Below, piece by piece: positions 1 through 12,744 of a stretch of 64,000 nucleotides of DNA. The DNA lies in NCBI GenBank assembly GCA_000708835.1, contig DF237223.1, positions 51,269 through 115,268 of the forward strand, in the 5' to 3' direction. Under the pieces are notes generated by a model. It was given only the letters and a program-made list of their open reading frames with translations, was not told where the DNA came from and ran no database searches. This stretch comes from Klebsormidium nitens. Taxonomy: Eukaryota > Plantae > Klebsormidiophyceae. The number at the start of each line of letters is the position of its first letter. Position 1 is the stretch's first letter. Made by a program: the position numbers and the translations under genes.

Positions 1-460
1 GTATTCTGACCAAGTCCTTCCCCTCTCCTTCCTCAGCATCCCAGACCGCTTCTACGGTTTCGGTTTTCCCCCAGCTTCATTGAGACACTTCAGTGGCCAC
101 ACGCAACCTCAGGGCACATCTGGAGTCATCAGAGCCCATTTTGGGACGCCTCTGTTCAGGTGCGCTCAGTTGAAAATAGTCACCGGCTCCAAGGTCCTTC
201 CAGTCCAATGTTTGGCACACCAGTAGCGGCAGTTGCTTGCCGTGCCTGGGTGGAAAATAAGGGGGAAAGCCTGCCCCGTGCGCTTATGCAAGTCATTTTT
301 CGTTCATATGCACTGTCCCGCTTGACGCCCCTTTCACATTGTCCCACTTCATGCCCCTTTCAATCGTGTGCATGTGTCAGTTGCTGGTCTTTAACGCAGT
401 CTTCTGACAAGTCCTGGAAACATACAAGTTATTAACTACTCCCTACAGGAAGGAGAGCCC

Positions 461-2593
461 ATGGATACTCCGACGGTGCATCTCGAGCACCCCCCCCCTC
501 CTGCGCTCTGCGAGACCCCCCCCCAGCAGCGCCTGCCTCCCTTTGCCCACGAGCAGCCAGAGACACCCCCGAATCAGTTCCCAGTCCTCACGTCCCCCCC
601 CCAAAGCAATGCACTTCTTTCCCAGACCCCAACACTTACCCCTCAAAGCCAGGAAACCCCCACCCATAGCCAAGCTGCCCTCTCCCCAGAATATGCAAAC
701 CTGCCTCAGGCGCGTGCGATCCTCCCAGCGCCGACATTAGCGGAGCAGAGCCCTTCAGTACAAAGTGCGGGCGAGTCGCAGGTTAACATCGTCAATGGGG
801 TAAGACATCACTCTGCCTGCGAATATGTAGGTGGAGTGGCGGTGTGTCTGCGCTTGTGTTACTGCAGAAGGCTCGTTTGAGTTCAAGGTTGCCCTTCAAG
901 TGGGGGCTAAAAGCGGCTCTCTTTAGGGGGGGCCAGACAGCTGCAATGCCCCCATCCATTGACGCCTGGGTTCCGGGACTGGTTTTTGTTGCTTCAATTG
1001 CACATCCATGTGGATCGCAAGATGTCGAGATGACAAGCTGGTCAAGTTTCACCTGGTGTTTTTGTTTTTCTTGCATCTGAACTGCAAAGATAGCATTCTC
1101 GAATCTGCATAAGCCCACTTGCTCCGATTTCGTGCACTTTTCCTGTCCGCCTTCTCACAATCCAAGCAGCTTCGCTCTCGGTTATCAAGCCTCAAGACAC
1201 TTAGGAAACACTTCACCGCGCGGGTCTCACCAGGTGATTAAAAATACACGTTCCGCTGACATGCGCCCTTTTCCCCGCCAGGTGGACATCCTGCGCGAGA
1301 TTCAGCGGCTGGCGTCCCGCGTGGACAGCGTCATGAACGAGGTGTCCCAGGTGAAGCAAGTCCAGTACACGCTAGAGTCGCTCATCCGCAGCTCCGCCGC
1401 TTCCCCTGGGCGCAAAACCCCCAAGACCACCCCCAAGAAACGACAGCGGAAAAAGGCCCCCCCAAAAGAGCCCCAGGCGCAGGCCCCCCCAGCCCCTCCC
1501 GTAGTTGCTCCCCCACCCCCCGAGCCGCCTGCCGAGGCAGAGGAATCGGAGGGGCTGTATGACTGGCCTCCCGTGAAGACGGTGGAGGAGTGCTGGCGCG
1601 AGATGTACGAGGGGCTCGACGGGCGGCCCTCGCTGATGCAGCTCGAGGAGCAGCACGCCAGCGGGTGGCGCCGGAAGAAGGGCCAGCGGCAGCGCTTCTG
1701 CGAGAAGAAGCAGGTGGGGAAGGGCGCAATTGACGCGCATGGTGGATGATCTGATTGTCTCTCGTTAACCCATTCTTACATGATGAACCTCGTTTTACCA
1801 ATATTGCTTTGACGTTGATTGCTTTAATTCTTGTCAGGTGTTTGCTCGTTCGATTCCAGTTGGATCAGACACGCTGAAGTCGTCTTCAACTGTTACTTAA
1901 GTAGAGCAATATGCACTTGCATATCGTCAACATTTACCCCCCAGAATCAGCTGGCTTTGAGTTTATGCCAAGCTCAAGTTGATGTAACTCCGGCAGGTCT
2001 GCGAGTACGTGAAGCACCTGGCGATCGAGAACCGGTGCTCGCACCAGGCGGCCATCCAGCACCTGGCCAACAAGAAGGAGAGCTTGTGCAAGCTGCTGCT
2101 GCGGCTGCGGCAGTACAAGAAGTCGGCCAGGGAGATGGAGGCGCAACAGGCGGCCAACACGATCCGGAGCGGGGGGGCTGGCGGCCCACAGCATATGCAG
2201 GGGATGCAGGGCGGGTTCCAAAACGGTATGGTCATGGCTATGCAGCCAGGCATGCAGCTTGGCGGGCAGAGCGGAATGGACAGCGGAATGCAGCCTGCCA
2301 TGCCGGCCGGAATGCAACCGGGCATGCAGGCGGGCATGATGCAGCCAGGAATGCAGGACGGAATGCAACCGGGGATGCACCCTGGGATGCAACCCGGGAT
2401 GCAGACTGGGATGCAGATGGTTATGGAGCCGGTGATGCAGCCCGGAGTGCAGAACGGAGTGCAGAACGGAGCAGTGCAGTCTGGGTTGCCGTCGGGGATG
2501 GAAGGAGAAATGCACGACGGGATGTCAACGGAGATGCAGTCGGGGAGGCAGAACGGTACACCGAGTGCCCTCCAAGAACCTGCGCAGGGATAA
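461..2593 (+). CDS. GCR1_C (Gcr1/Hot1/Msn1-type DNA-binding) domain protein with Pro-rich N-terminus and Met/Gln/Pro/Gly low-complexity C-terminus; 3 predicted exons 461-781, 1282-1713, 1997-2593
   Basis: Three phase-0-compatible GT-AG exons. Translation VKTVEECWREMYEGLDGRPSLMQLEEQHASGWRR...RFCEKKQ|VCEYVKHLAIENRCSHQAAIQHL matches the GCR1_C pattern (TVxexWxEWxxGxxgxPsixxLexxxgxxWR), recognised by eye. Confidence 0.7.
2240..2470 (+). repeat. Coding 12-nt-period repeat (MQPG/MQAG/MQDG/MHPG tetrapeptide)
   Basis: Tandem atgcagcc(a/g)gg(a/c/g)-like units inside ORF 2009-2593. They also explain the antisense HxxLHP and CIPG ORFs. Confidence 0.85.
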
Positions 2594-3442
2594 AGCACCA
2601 AATTCGGCAAGGGAAGGGGTGTACTCGTTTTAGATACAGGGTGGATCTGCTGACCGCCCACAGGCGTCAAACTTGGGCCAAAACAATGGTCAACTTGCAC
2701 GAGTCAGTTCAGAAGTTGGCGTCACCGTGTATGAGTTAGGACTGCTCATTGACTTGGAATGTAACTCGCATCTTATATTGTTGCGGTTAGATGCGTGTCT
2801 TGTTTCGTAAGCTCATCATCCGGAACTTAGCCTTCTTCCAAAAGTTTTCAGCGGATGAAGTGGCTATGGCAACATAGCTAGGGCGTGCATCATTTAACGG
2901 TGATGCATTCATTTCATTGATCACTCAGTGCTTGCATTTGATTTGCACGGTTCATAAATTCGGCATGCATGAGTCACGCACATGCACGTTGTGCAGGCCC
3001 CCTGAGACGGCCTTGATTATACAGCCATGCATGCTTCGCCATAATGATACCGGATTGTGCCGGCATGATCACATTTTTGTACAGTGAAGACCCAGCTTTT
3101 GCATAGTGAAGACCCAGCTTTTGCATGCTGTGGTATGATCCCCTCTCATGGTTTGCATGAAACGATTAACACCAAAAATGCAGAACTCTGCATAGATTGA
3201 CAATGCATGATGGGCATATACCTGCCACCATGCGGGACTCTTGAGACGTACACAAGAAAAGTCATTGTCAGGACCACCTTGTGTCATCTCAAGTTCTATT
3301 CTGGGGCGGATGTCATTGGTATATGTCATTGGACTGTAGTATATGTCTAGGCCTCGATGAATTGACACGACAACCGCAATCATGACTAGCGCTCTTTGAA
3401 TTACAAGCAAAGTTGCAAGCAACAAACAAAACAAGCCCTCTA

Positions 3443-6400
3443 TCAGTCGACGTCCGCATCGAAAGATCTCGTGAAAGATACTCTCGGCTCAGCTGCCTCT
3501 TCTAGCGGAGTGCCGGATAGCATGCCAACATTCTGCTCAAGAGCACGGAGAAGTGCCGCCTCAAGCCAGATCTGCTTCTCAAGAGACCGTCGCTGTTGGC
3601 GCTCGAGACGAGACTGAAGCGCCGTAAACTCCTGTGGAAACCAGATTAAGATGACATTGGGAGGCTGGACCTTACGTACTACTTAATTCTAAACGAGGAA
3701 AGAAAAAGAAGTTTTCTGAATGAAATGGGGGGCGCTAGTCCAGAAGGTAAAAGCAAGAAGTAGAGAGACACATCCTTCGCCTATGCGATCTTAGAACGGA
3801 TCCCTCAACTTTCGCTGCAAGCACTAAGGACAAGTTGCATTAGCAGTGGCACAGCCTTCGAGGTTACTCTATTTCAAGATGCCCGACAAATGTCTCGTTC
3901 ACAAGATGTAAAACGGAGAGAATTGGGTTTGATAAGCTCACACTGGTCACACGTTCGATCCAGTCGAATCCGACCAAGAAGTGCTGTCCGCGAGAACTTG
4001 CTGGTGAAACGTGGATTGGGCCGTCGAGAAGAGAAGACGGAGTTTGTAGCTGGTCGCAAGAGCTGCGCAGAAAGGCGAACCAACCAACTTAGACGGTTGT
4101 GGTAAAGAGGGATGCGGTGTTCGATAACCAATTAGATCTGATCCCATGGTTTTGGGAAAAGGTTGCTCCCGATCAAGTCGCCACACGAGAATCTCCACAG
4201 ATGTAGTCAATAGCAGGGTTGCTTGCGAACGATGTCAACAGGCCTTAAAAAAGGAACGAAGTGCCAGAAAACTACATCTGAGAAGTATGAGAGGAGAGGT
4301 TGACCTTCATCGCCTACGTACCTGCTTCGGAGGGCTGCAAATTCTCGGAGCTTTGACAGAGAAGCAGACTCTTGCTGCTCTCCACCTCCGTGCAAGCTGC
4401 CCTTGTCCGAAGGCGAGCGCGTTTCTGTTCTGCCGAACCCGAACAAGAGCTGCCTGCCCGACAGACGCCGCTGCGCTTCTTCTCGGATGGAAAACCCTTG
4501 CGCGGGGCTTGACGCTGCCGACCCGGAGGGCGAGCCCCGGTGAGCTCCGCTCAGTCTAGCGCGTGCCCGCCCGAGCGCCCGGTTTGCGACGACCCCTTTG
4601 GCTCCTTTTGCCCCAGACTGCGACAAGCGACGCTGAATCTCTACAAGGGCCGAGTCGAGCGCCGCCTGGCACTCTATCAGGGAGTCTCCTCCCGACTGGT
4701 CTGAGAACGTCGGTCCGTCAGGGGAAGGGAAAGCAAAGTGACTGGTCGGCGAAGCATCGTAGTCGTCGCCTAAGAGGCATGCAGGGCCCAGCTGATGCGG
4801 CAACCCTGCTGTGGCTGCCGAACTGAGACCCCGGTTGAATCTCTCGTCCCCTAGGTCGATCGTGCTGCCAAAACCGAGCGGTTCTGAAGGCTGCCACTGC
4901 GGCCGCGCGCGCTCTGACGGCCGCAGCGGGGATAGCGAGATGATGGGCGAGCCGGGGTGTCCGTCAGAGAACGCAGATGGTGAGGAAAGCACTGCTGTTT
5001 GGTCAGGTTCTCTCTCCGTTACCGCACATTCTGGGGCTGGATCATCCGAAGCGGGAGGGTTGTTGAAGAACGGCTCGGGAGGCTTCTCGTACGACTCTCC
5101 GGCGGGTGTTCCTGCCGGGAAACTGGGAGACCTCTCCTCTTCCAAGGCCGCCGCTAAACGGTTAATGTCGTCCATCTTGTGCTCCTGATCCTGCGAGGAC
5201 CAAGAAGATTCACAATAAGGAGGACAGACAACAGTAAACTTTCTCGTAATGCGTGAAAGATCAGACGAGAGGACCACTTCTCTTCGACGACCTCTGATCC
5301 ATCCACAGGAGCATCACATGCTTGGAAGCAAATTTAGCTTGGCTGGAGAGACAGCTTGGTCAAACCCCAGAAAAAGGCACTTTGAGTGATGCAGATTATC
5401 TACAAAAAGCTACTGAAGTTTCATGCATCAGTCTCAGAGAATGGTTCGCGTACCTCCAAAAGCTTTTTTAGCGCAAAGAAGTCCGCAGCTTTCACAGTGA
5501 CAAAGTCCGCCTCCGCGCCCTTTTCCTGATCGCTCGGGTGGTCATTCAACACGCGGAACGTGATTGGCTCAAGCTGGGGAGAATTCAAACGGGCCTCTCC
5601 TCTCCTCCCCAGCTCGAGACGCTCTCGGCTGAGCTCTTGGATCGTTTCCTCGCGTTTCGCCAGCTCCGCCCGCGTCTCTTCGAGCCGCCTGACCGTTGCG
5701 CTTAGCTCCTGCTTGATCTCCTTTGCTGCGTCTCTCCTTGCTCGTGCGAAGTCCCGCTCGCGCGCGTCCCAGCGCATCTTCATCTCCCTGACGATCCCCA
5801 GCAGAACGGCGTTCTTCTTCTGCTCCGCCTGCACGTCCAGGGTGCGGCCCGAAAGCTCGTCTTTAACCTTCTGCATCTGCGACCGTAGGGACTCTACCAA
5901 GCCCTCCAGGCCTTGCCTTGCGCGATTCCCCTCTGCTGGCTCCCCCTCCCCGCTGTGCTCTCGGTTTAGTCCACCGGCTGTCTCACCGGCAGAGCGTCTC
6001 AGGTCTACGGTTGGATCCTCTCTCATGGCTTCTGGACGTTTCCCTGCGGTCTCTTGCCTTTCCAGGCCGCCGCTGAGAATTGTCTGGAGCTGGCGGAGCT
6101 CGCTTTCAATGTGCGCTTCCCTTTCCCTGCGAAAGAAGCACGCAAGCAGCTGGTTTGCAAGGCCTTTCTAGAAGCAGGAACCCGATCAGGTACTTACAAT
6201 AACGACAGGTGACTGGATACAGAATGCAACAGATCCTTGAGTCAGACCCGAAGAAGAAGAAACTTTGTTGGAAACAAATCAAACGACTTGTCTCAGAAGA
6301 TATCGAGCTCAAGTATTCCAGAACGACGTTTCCGGAATAAACAAACCTGAAATTAAGCTTAAGAGGAACTTGAATGAAAGTGTCTATACCTGAAGATGCT

Positions 6401-9400
6401 GTTCATCTGCTCCATCTCCTCCTCGTGCCATCCTTCTGCCTCCTGGAACCGCAGCCTCGCGTCCTCGAGCGCCAGCTCCAGCTCTTCCTTATCTCTTTGC
6501 AGAATGCTGCGCTGCAGGGCGAACTCTGCCGCTTTCTCCCGCAGGGCGGTCGGCCACTTCTGAAGCTCATCTTTCAGGCCCGCCAATTCTGTTTCGTAGA
6601 TTTGAAGCTCCGTTCTCAACCTGACAGTATAAGAATGTATTGGAGCTGAGCAACCGGGCACCCTGCGGATTGCACTAATGCACGTTTTTCAGAGTAAACA
6701 GACCGGGAGCTGCTCTGCCGTTTCGATCACCGATCCGAAATCTTTCTCTTGTCGTAAAGATAGACAAATCTGGTTCTCGGACTTGTTGAGATTGATTTTC
6801 ATGGTTGGAAGGCTATCGACTCATCAAAAGCGTTGAATACAAAAAAACAGGTTTAGCTCCTTCGTATGTTCTTTCGGTCTGCCCACAGCTCTTTTGATCG
6901 GTGGACTCCCGTTTCATCTGTCTCCCACCTTTCACAGATCATGCTTACCTCGCCTCGTAAAGTTGGTGCTCTTCGATCCGAGCGTCCTTCAGAGTCAATT
7001 CTGCGTCCGTCTGGCTGGCCTTGGTCCTCAGCTCTTCAACGAGCCTCTCGAGGTTTTCAATCTGAGTGCGGAAGAAAGACTCATTTCAATGCCGAACAGA
7101 GCCGATAAAGCAGTCCTATAAAAATGGAGATGAACTTCATTGGCAGCCTTCTGGACCTACTGGGGCACATGCAGATCTACTGAGCAAGATCTGCAGATAG
7201 AAGTATCGGACACCTTACGCTTTGGCGGACTCTTTACAAAGCTTCGTTGAACGATATCCTGGTGTTAGGGTCCCGTCCAATCGCTGTTTCCATCTTTTGC
7301 CAAAAGAAGCTATTGGCATCGAAAGGCTAGCACAGAAGATTGCCTCAATTCTCACCTTGAGAGGATCCGGCGGCTGCTCCTGCTCACCGACCACCGGTAC
7401 TTTCTCTTCAGTTGCAGCCTTCTGCGTAAAGCCGGATCTCCAGTCTTCCGCAGCGAGGCTCTCGTTTCGCTGCAGCTTTTCTGAGAGAATGTCCACTTGA
7501 CCCTCTTTTTCAAACAGCTTCAGCTGCATCTCCTCGACTTCCACCTTCTGAGCAGCTGCTTCTCGGTCACGCTCCGCCTTCATCTCTTCCACCTGCCGGC
7601 GAGAATGACTCAGCTCTATCTGCACAGCCTTCAAGTCCTCCTGCAGCCGCGTCACCACAGTTACAAGGCTTTCCTTTTCCCTCTTTACAAGGTCGTTCGT
7701 CGTTTCCTGTCGTTTCAATCTCTCGCTGAGCTCTACGATCTGCTTCAGCTCCGCCTCCCGCGCTGCTTGACGTCTTGAGAGCTCAGACTCCAGTCTGGAG
7801 CACTGATTCTCCAGCTTGTTGACCTCTGCCAAAGCATTGCTTCCCTGTTCTACAGCCGCCTCCTTCGTTCGTTTCCATCTCTCGAGCTCCTCCATCAGAG
7901 CGTGCAACGCATCTGCTTCCTGTCTCCCGTGCTCGGGGCTTGCATTGTTGTCGCCCGCCGGCAGCTTCTTGAACTGTTTCATGATGCCTGATAAGTCTGT
8001 CTCGCGCTCAATGACAAGCTTTTGGGCGCTCTCTAGCATTCTCTTGAGCTCAGCAATGCGCTCCTTCTGATCCCTTGCCTCTCGTTCGAGACTGCCACCG
8101 GTCTCCGCGCAAACTTCTTTTTTAGCTGCTTCTAAAGTCACTTTGGCGGAATCATGGTCACCTTCTAAGCGCTCCAAAGCGGCAGACAGATTTGCCCGTT
8201 CTTCCTGTTCCATTCCAAGCTGAAGCTCAACCATCTGCAACTGTGCTTCTAATTCCTCAATCCTGATTTGAGAAGCCCTCTTGGTCACTTCCGCTGCATC
8301 TTCGGCTTTCCGATGCTTCTCTTTCAAATTTCTCAGCGCTTTCTCCATCTCTTTCGACTGCGTAGAGACACAAGATTTGCATGTCAGAGAATGCTTGGAC
8401 TGGAAGCCGGCTTTTCCAGTTCGACAAATGGCAAGCCGGATGTCAACAACTCTGCTTCGAAGGATGGAACACAGGGAAACTATGTTGACAGCATGAACGC
8501 ATTCCATTCCCATCCGATGTGCAATATTTTCCACTACAGAAGTTTTCCACTACTTTCTGGCAGTTAGGTATGGATCAGCCGCAAATGAGAGCGGCTAGAT
8601 TTTGGAGATTTTGAGCCTGATTGGTCTGACCTTAGCAGCCACTGCCATCTCCCTCGCTCTCCGCATCTCCTCCTCTCCTTCTCGCATCTCCACCATCACG
8701 CCGCGAATGACTTCGTCCATCTCCTCCTGTTTTGCGGCCAACACGCGATCCAGTTCCTTCCGCATGCTCTGCTTCTCATGCTCTGCTCGCCGGCGATCCT
8801 CCTTCGATGCTCGCAATCCCTGCCGGAGGGCGTCCACTTCGAACTTTAAGGCCCTCAGATGCTCTGGGTCTGTGCTGGTCTCCTGCAAATCAAACACGTC
8901 ACTTCAGCTATCTTCGAGCAGGCAGCAGGTCCTTACAATGTTGCATTCCTTCTACGTTTCCTCGTTGAGGCGCGAATGCTACAGAGTCAAATAAGCTTTG
9001 CAGATTGGAATTAAGCAGATCCAAGAGAGATTTCCAAGATCTAACAACAGATTGGAATTAAGCATACAAGATCCAAGAGAGATTTTCGATCTCACGTATT
9101 TTTCTTTGGTCTTTGGGATCTTACCTCTTGCAGGCGCCGCTCCGACGCTGTCTTCTGACCGCTTAGAGGTTGGTCGAACTTCCGCCCGCTCTTGAGGTTC
9201 CGGTTGTGCTTCTCGTGAAGGGGACTCCTCAAATCCTCACTTGCTGAAGAGTATCTATGCTGCGTTTCGGAAGAATCGACGCCGAAGCTCTCCAGAGAGC
9301 CCAAGCTGGCGGTTGACAGACGTCCTTCACCTTCTCTACCAATTTGTCTTTCGAACTGAGATGTTGCTTTCACAGAAGATACGCTTCCTCCGGTAAGAAC

Positions 9401-10350
9401 CGGTTGCTCAAATACACCAATTTCTGGAGCACAGTCTGGAACAGAGTGTTTCTCGAAAGGTAAAGGAGGTCCAGGACCACTCGCAACCCTGCTCTCAATG
9501 ACCTCTTGATTCAGCCTGATACTCGGTCCTTTGTCCAACTGGTCATTTCTCTGGACCTCTGTCAAAGGATCACCGCGATTCGAGGCGGCAAGTTGGGAGC
9601 CTTCGGCAGATTCGGACAGGTGTGATCCGGTGTCCAAAAACGCTTCGTCGTGCTCGCTGAGGTTCTCAAGAAGCTGCAAAGGACGTGAAACTGGATAAAG
9701 ACAACCGATCGAAACCAACGTCTGCATTGAAGCCGTATCCAGCAGTATCCTTGCTTAGTTCCTCGGGAGTCGGAATTCAAAATCGAGACTCCTAATAATC
9801 TACAGTTGCTGCACATCTAAGGTTACTCCAGATTGTTGTTGAATGCCCTAATCTTGACGGCAGAGAGAATACAGGTTGGCAATACCATCTTTGGACGTCT
9901 TTCCCGCATGATCTTACCGAAGCACAATATTAAGCTTTACACTCGCTCTATTTCGAATTCTATCTTCGTCATCAAGACCTTTTAGGATGACGAAGTTCGC
10001 TTACCTCCGATGGAGGCTCTCCCGGTTCCGAGGATGCCATGGAGCCAGGATTTTCAACACCTTGTGACCTCTTCAGAAACTCACGAACTGTAAGAGACTT
10101 GCCCTGCAAAGAAAAGTAAAGCCTGTCAATGTAGTTCCCAGCACTCCAGATGTCCTGCAAGAAACTGGCTGCCCAACTCCTATCATCCTTGATCCATGAT
10201 TCACGGATTATGTCGCATCGAGAAATCCACAACAACGGATAGACGCAGGAAGATTGGCATTCTCTGGGCATCTGGCCGGTCTCATCCCAAAAAATGTCTG
10301 CTCTGAGCCCCAGTGTATCAAAGCAAAGCCGAAGCAAAAGACTCAAAACA
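3443..10350 (-). CDS. Large multi-exon coiled-coil protein of unknown function; the 5' end is uncertain and may extend to about 11.5 kb
   Basis: Chain of minus-strand E/K/R/L/A-rich heptad exons (about 8595-8897, 7215-8350, 6950-7060, 6400-6620, 5421-6200, 4300-5250, 3970-4060). The last exon 3443-3631 reads EFTALQSRLERQQRRSLEKQIWLEAALLRALEQ...DVD*. GT-AG boundaries are visible. Confidence 0.6.
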
Positions 10351-12744
10351 AGTAAGGTGGTTTACAAACGAAGTACGCACCTTGCCGTGGTGAAATTCAC
10401 ACTGAACTGACGGCTTCTCAGACAAGACTTTCACTCTGTTGTCTCCTGCCTTCAGCCCACAGTCTCTACCGGCAGAGGAATGAGCGATGGTTGAAGATTC
10501 TAGTGAGTATGTTCCTGGGCCTGCATCGGATGAAGTCGCAGGGGTCATAACAAGCTCCTCCTTCCAGGCACGCCCTGCAAACCCGTGTACAGACTTACTT
10601 CAGAACAAGATTCTGCGAATCACCAGCAGAACACTCAGGATGCTTACCTATACCCTGAAGGCATACCGAAGGAGAGTAATGAGGTTTAAGGCCCGCATAC
10701 CTGGAATGTCATTGTCCGCCACAGGAACATCCCATGGATCACCCCGTTTTGACCTTCCGAATGACATTGGCTCGAGGACAATGCGCAGTCATATCAGCTG
10801 CATGCAATGGCGCCACTTAGACAGGTCAGAATTATTACTCGCAGATCCAACATGCAAGTACTTTTATTCACATATAAGGGAAACGCCACGAGAAAAAGCA
10901 ACGCCAATGACAGCTCGTGTTATCTATGTCTTTCATCCGAAGCTCCTCATGTCAATGCTTTCTCATCTTGTCTTCTGTCTGGCTGACCAGCAAAGGACGG
11001 TCTATCTGGCCCCCAGCAACAAGGATGGTTTAGGCAAGATATGCTGTGGTTGATCTGATAAGAGACAAGACCATGATTCTGGACGAAGGGATTGATCGCA
11101 AGGTCTTCGAAACGCTCCTCCTAGACTTCCGTTCGACTTTAGATCCTTCAACCTCATCATGCCTATCTTACGCGGAATTGCAGAATTTGACTCTCAAATC
11201 TCAGTCTTCCGCCGACTTCTCGAAGCTGCCTTCTAACCAGCGTGGCGCCATGCTGATGAAAGCTGAGAGTCACCGCTCACCTGGACAGATCCCAAGCACC
11301 ACTATGATTCTTACAAGAGTGAATTGCCATCGCTTTCAAGAAACACTTGCGCTTGAGCTGCTCTCTTCAGCTGGTTCACCTGTCCGCATGACTCGTAAGC
11401 TGTTTCTCCTGGTGCTTCAGCCTCGATTGCTTTGATCAGCAAGGGTGAGCGCATCTAAATCGTCTGTGACTCCCATCCAGCTTCACAGCCGACGATCTCC
11501 ATGATCGGACGGTCTGCATAAGCTTACACTCTGTCTGAGACAGTACCACAGGTTGACTTGACAATCAAGTTGCCTCGTACAATCTTATCTGAGCAAGAGT
11601 GCGCACGATCAGACACTGCTCGAAGATTGACCGATGATGACGACAAGCCCTGAGCGCATAAACTGTCATGTCACAGCCGTCGACACGGGGATAGCTCTCT
11701 TTCAGCATTCCGACCGCAGCCCTTTCAATTGTGCAGGTCATCCTTTCAAGATATGAGGTTTGCGAACTGCAGCTCTTACGCATTGCTTGCATGGTAGGTT
11801 TGCACTTCAAAGGCTAGCTATAGATATAGTGCTAACTATAAAGAGGTCAGGGTCAGTGATGGAACGCAGTCATTGAATCTACAAAGGTAAGTACAGCATT
11901 ACTACTTTGCAAAGGCGTGTTACGATCATTAGTCTTCTATTTACAACGGCTGGAATTAGCGTTCTGCAACCAAACTCCATATATGCGCCCCAAAAAATTA
12001 TTTGCTGGACTACGTTGATTTGTACAGGTAAAGCTAAACGCAAGTATGTTGATTGCATGGAACTCGCTATTCTTATGATTATGTGTGCAGTGGATAGAAG
12101 CTTCAAAAAGGACCCCGAAAAGACACGTAGCTACGCATCTGGCCGGCCCTCAAATAATAGGGATTCGGAGACGAGGCCGGAATATGTCAAAGCATCAGAA
12201 GAGATCCCACTGCACATTACTAACACCAGTCACGAAGCACGCTTTCTGTACGAGGACAATAAGCATGGCCGATTTTGTGTTCGAAGCACACGACCAGCGC
12301 ATGTGCATGTTGTTTGATCTAGTATACGATGGATGCTGCTTGACTTGGCCTTTAATACGAGGTACTTCTGCATGAAACAATGTCCATCCATGTCGACCTT
12401 CAACGCGGAAAGCATGTAATCGGCGATCTACCGCCAAATATGGCTCATGTAACGGCAGCGTCTCTAAAAGGCCCTACATCGGCTGCAAGATCCGAAACTT
12501 CGTCACAAAACAGTCAATCATATGCGCAAATGTAATGAAGGCTCACTAGAAGCGAACATGCATGATCTCTGGTGCAAAAATGTTCCGCTACTTCGCGCAT
12601 ACCAGGACTCTAAAAGCGGACCGATATTCTACAAATCACGAAGCATCAGCCCATCTCACGTCGGAAGAGTCAATCAGTCAGTGCTAATTCATGCAGTCCA
12701 CTATAATTGTCAGCTTAAATGTATCTAAACCCATACGGTGTCCA

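Noticed and set aside
3083-9090. Small local tandem duplications (23 bp at about 3083-3128; about 48-bp period at 9001-9086; also 61628-61695)
   Set aside because: Two-copy slippage-type duplications in non-coding DNA with no further structure.
10487-11435. Plus-strand ORFs 10487-11053 and 11046-11435 as a separate gene
   Set aside because: No recognisable motif, and the region probably holds exons and introns of the minus-strand coiled-coil gene; cannot be supported.
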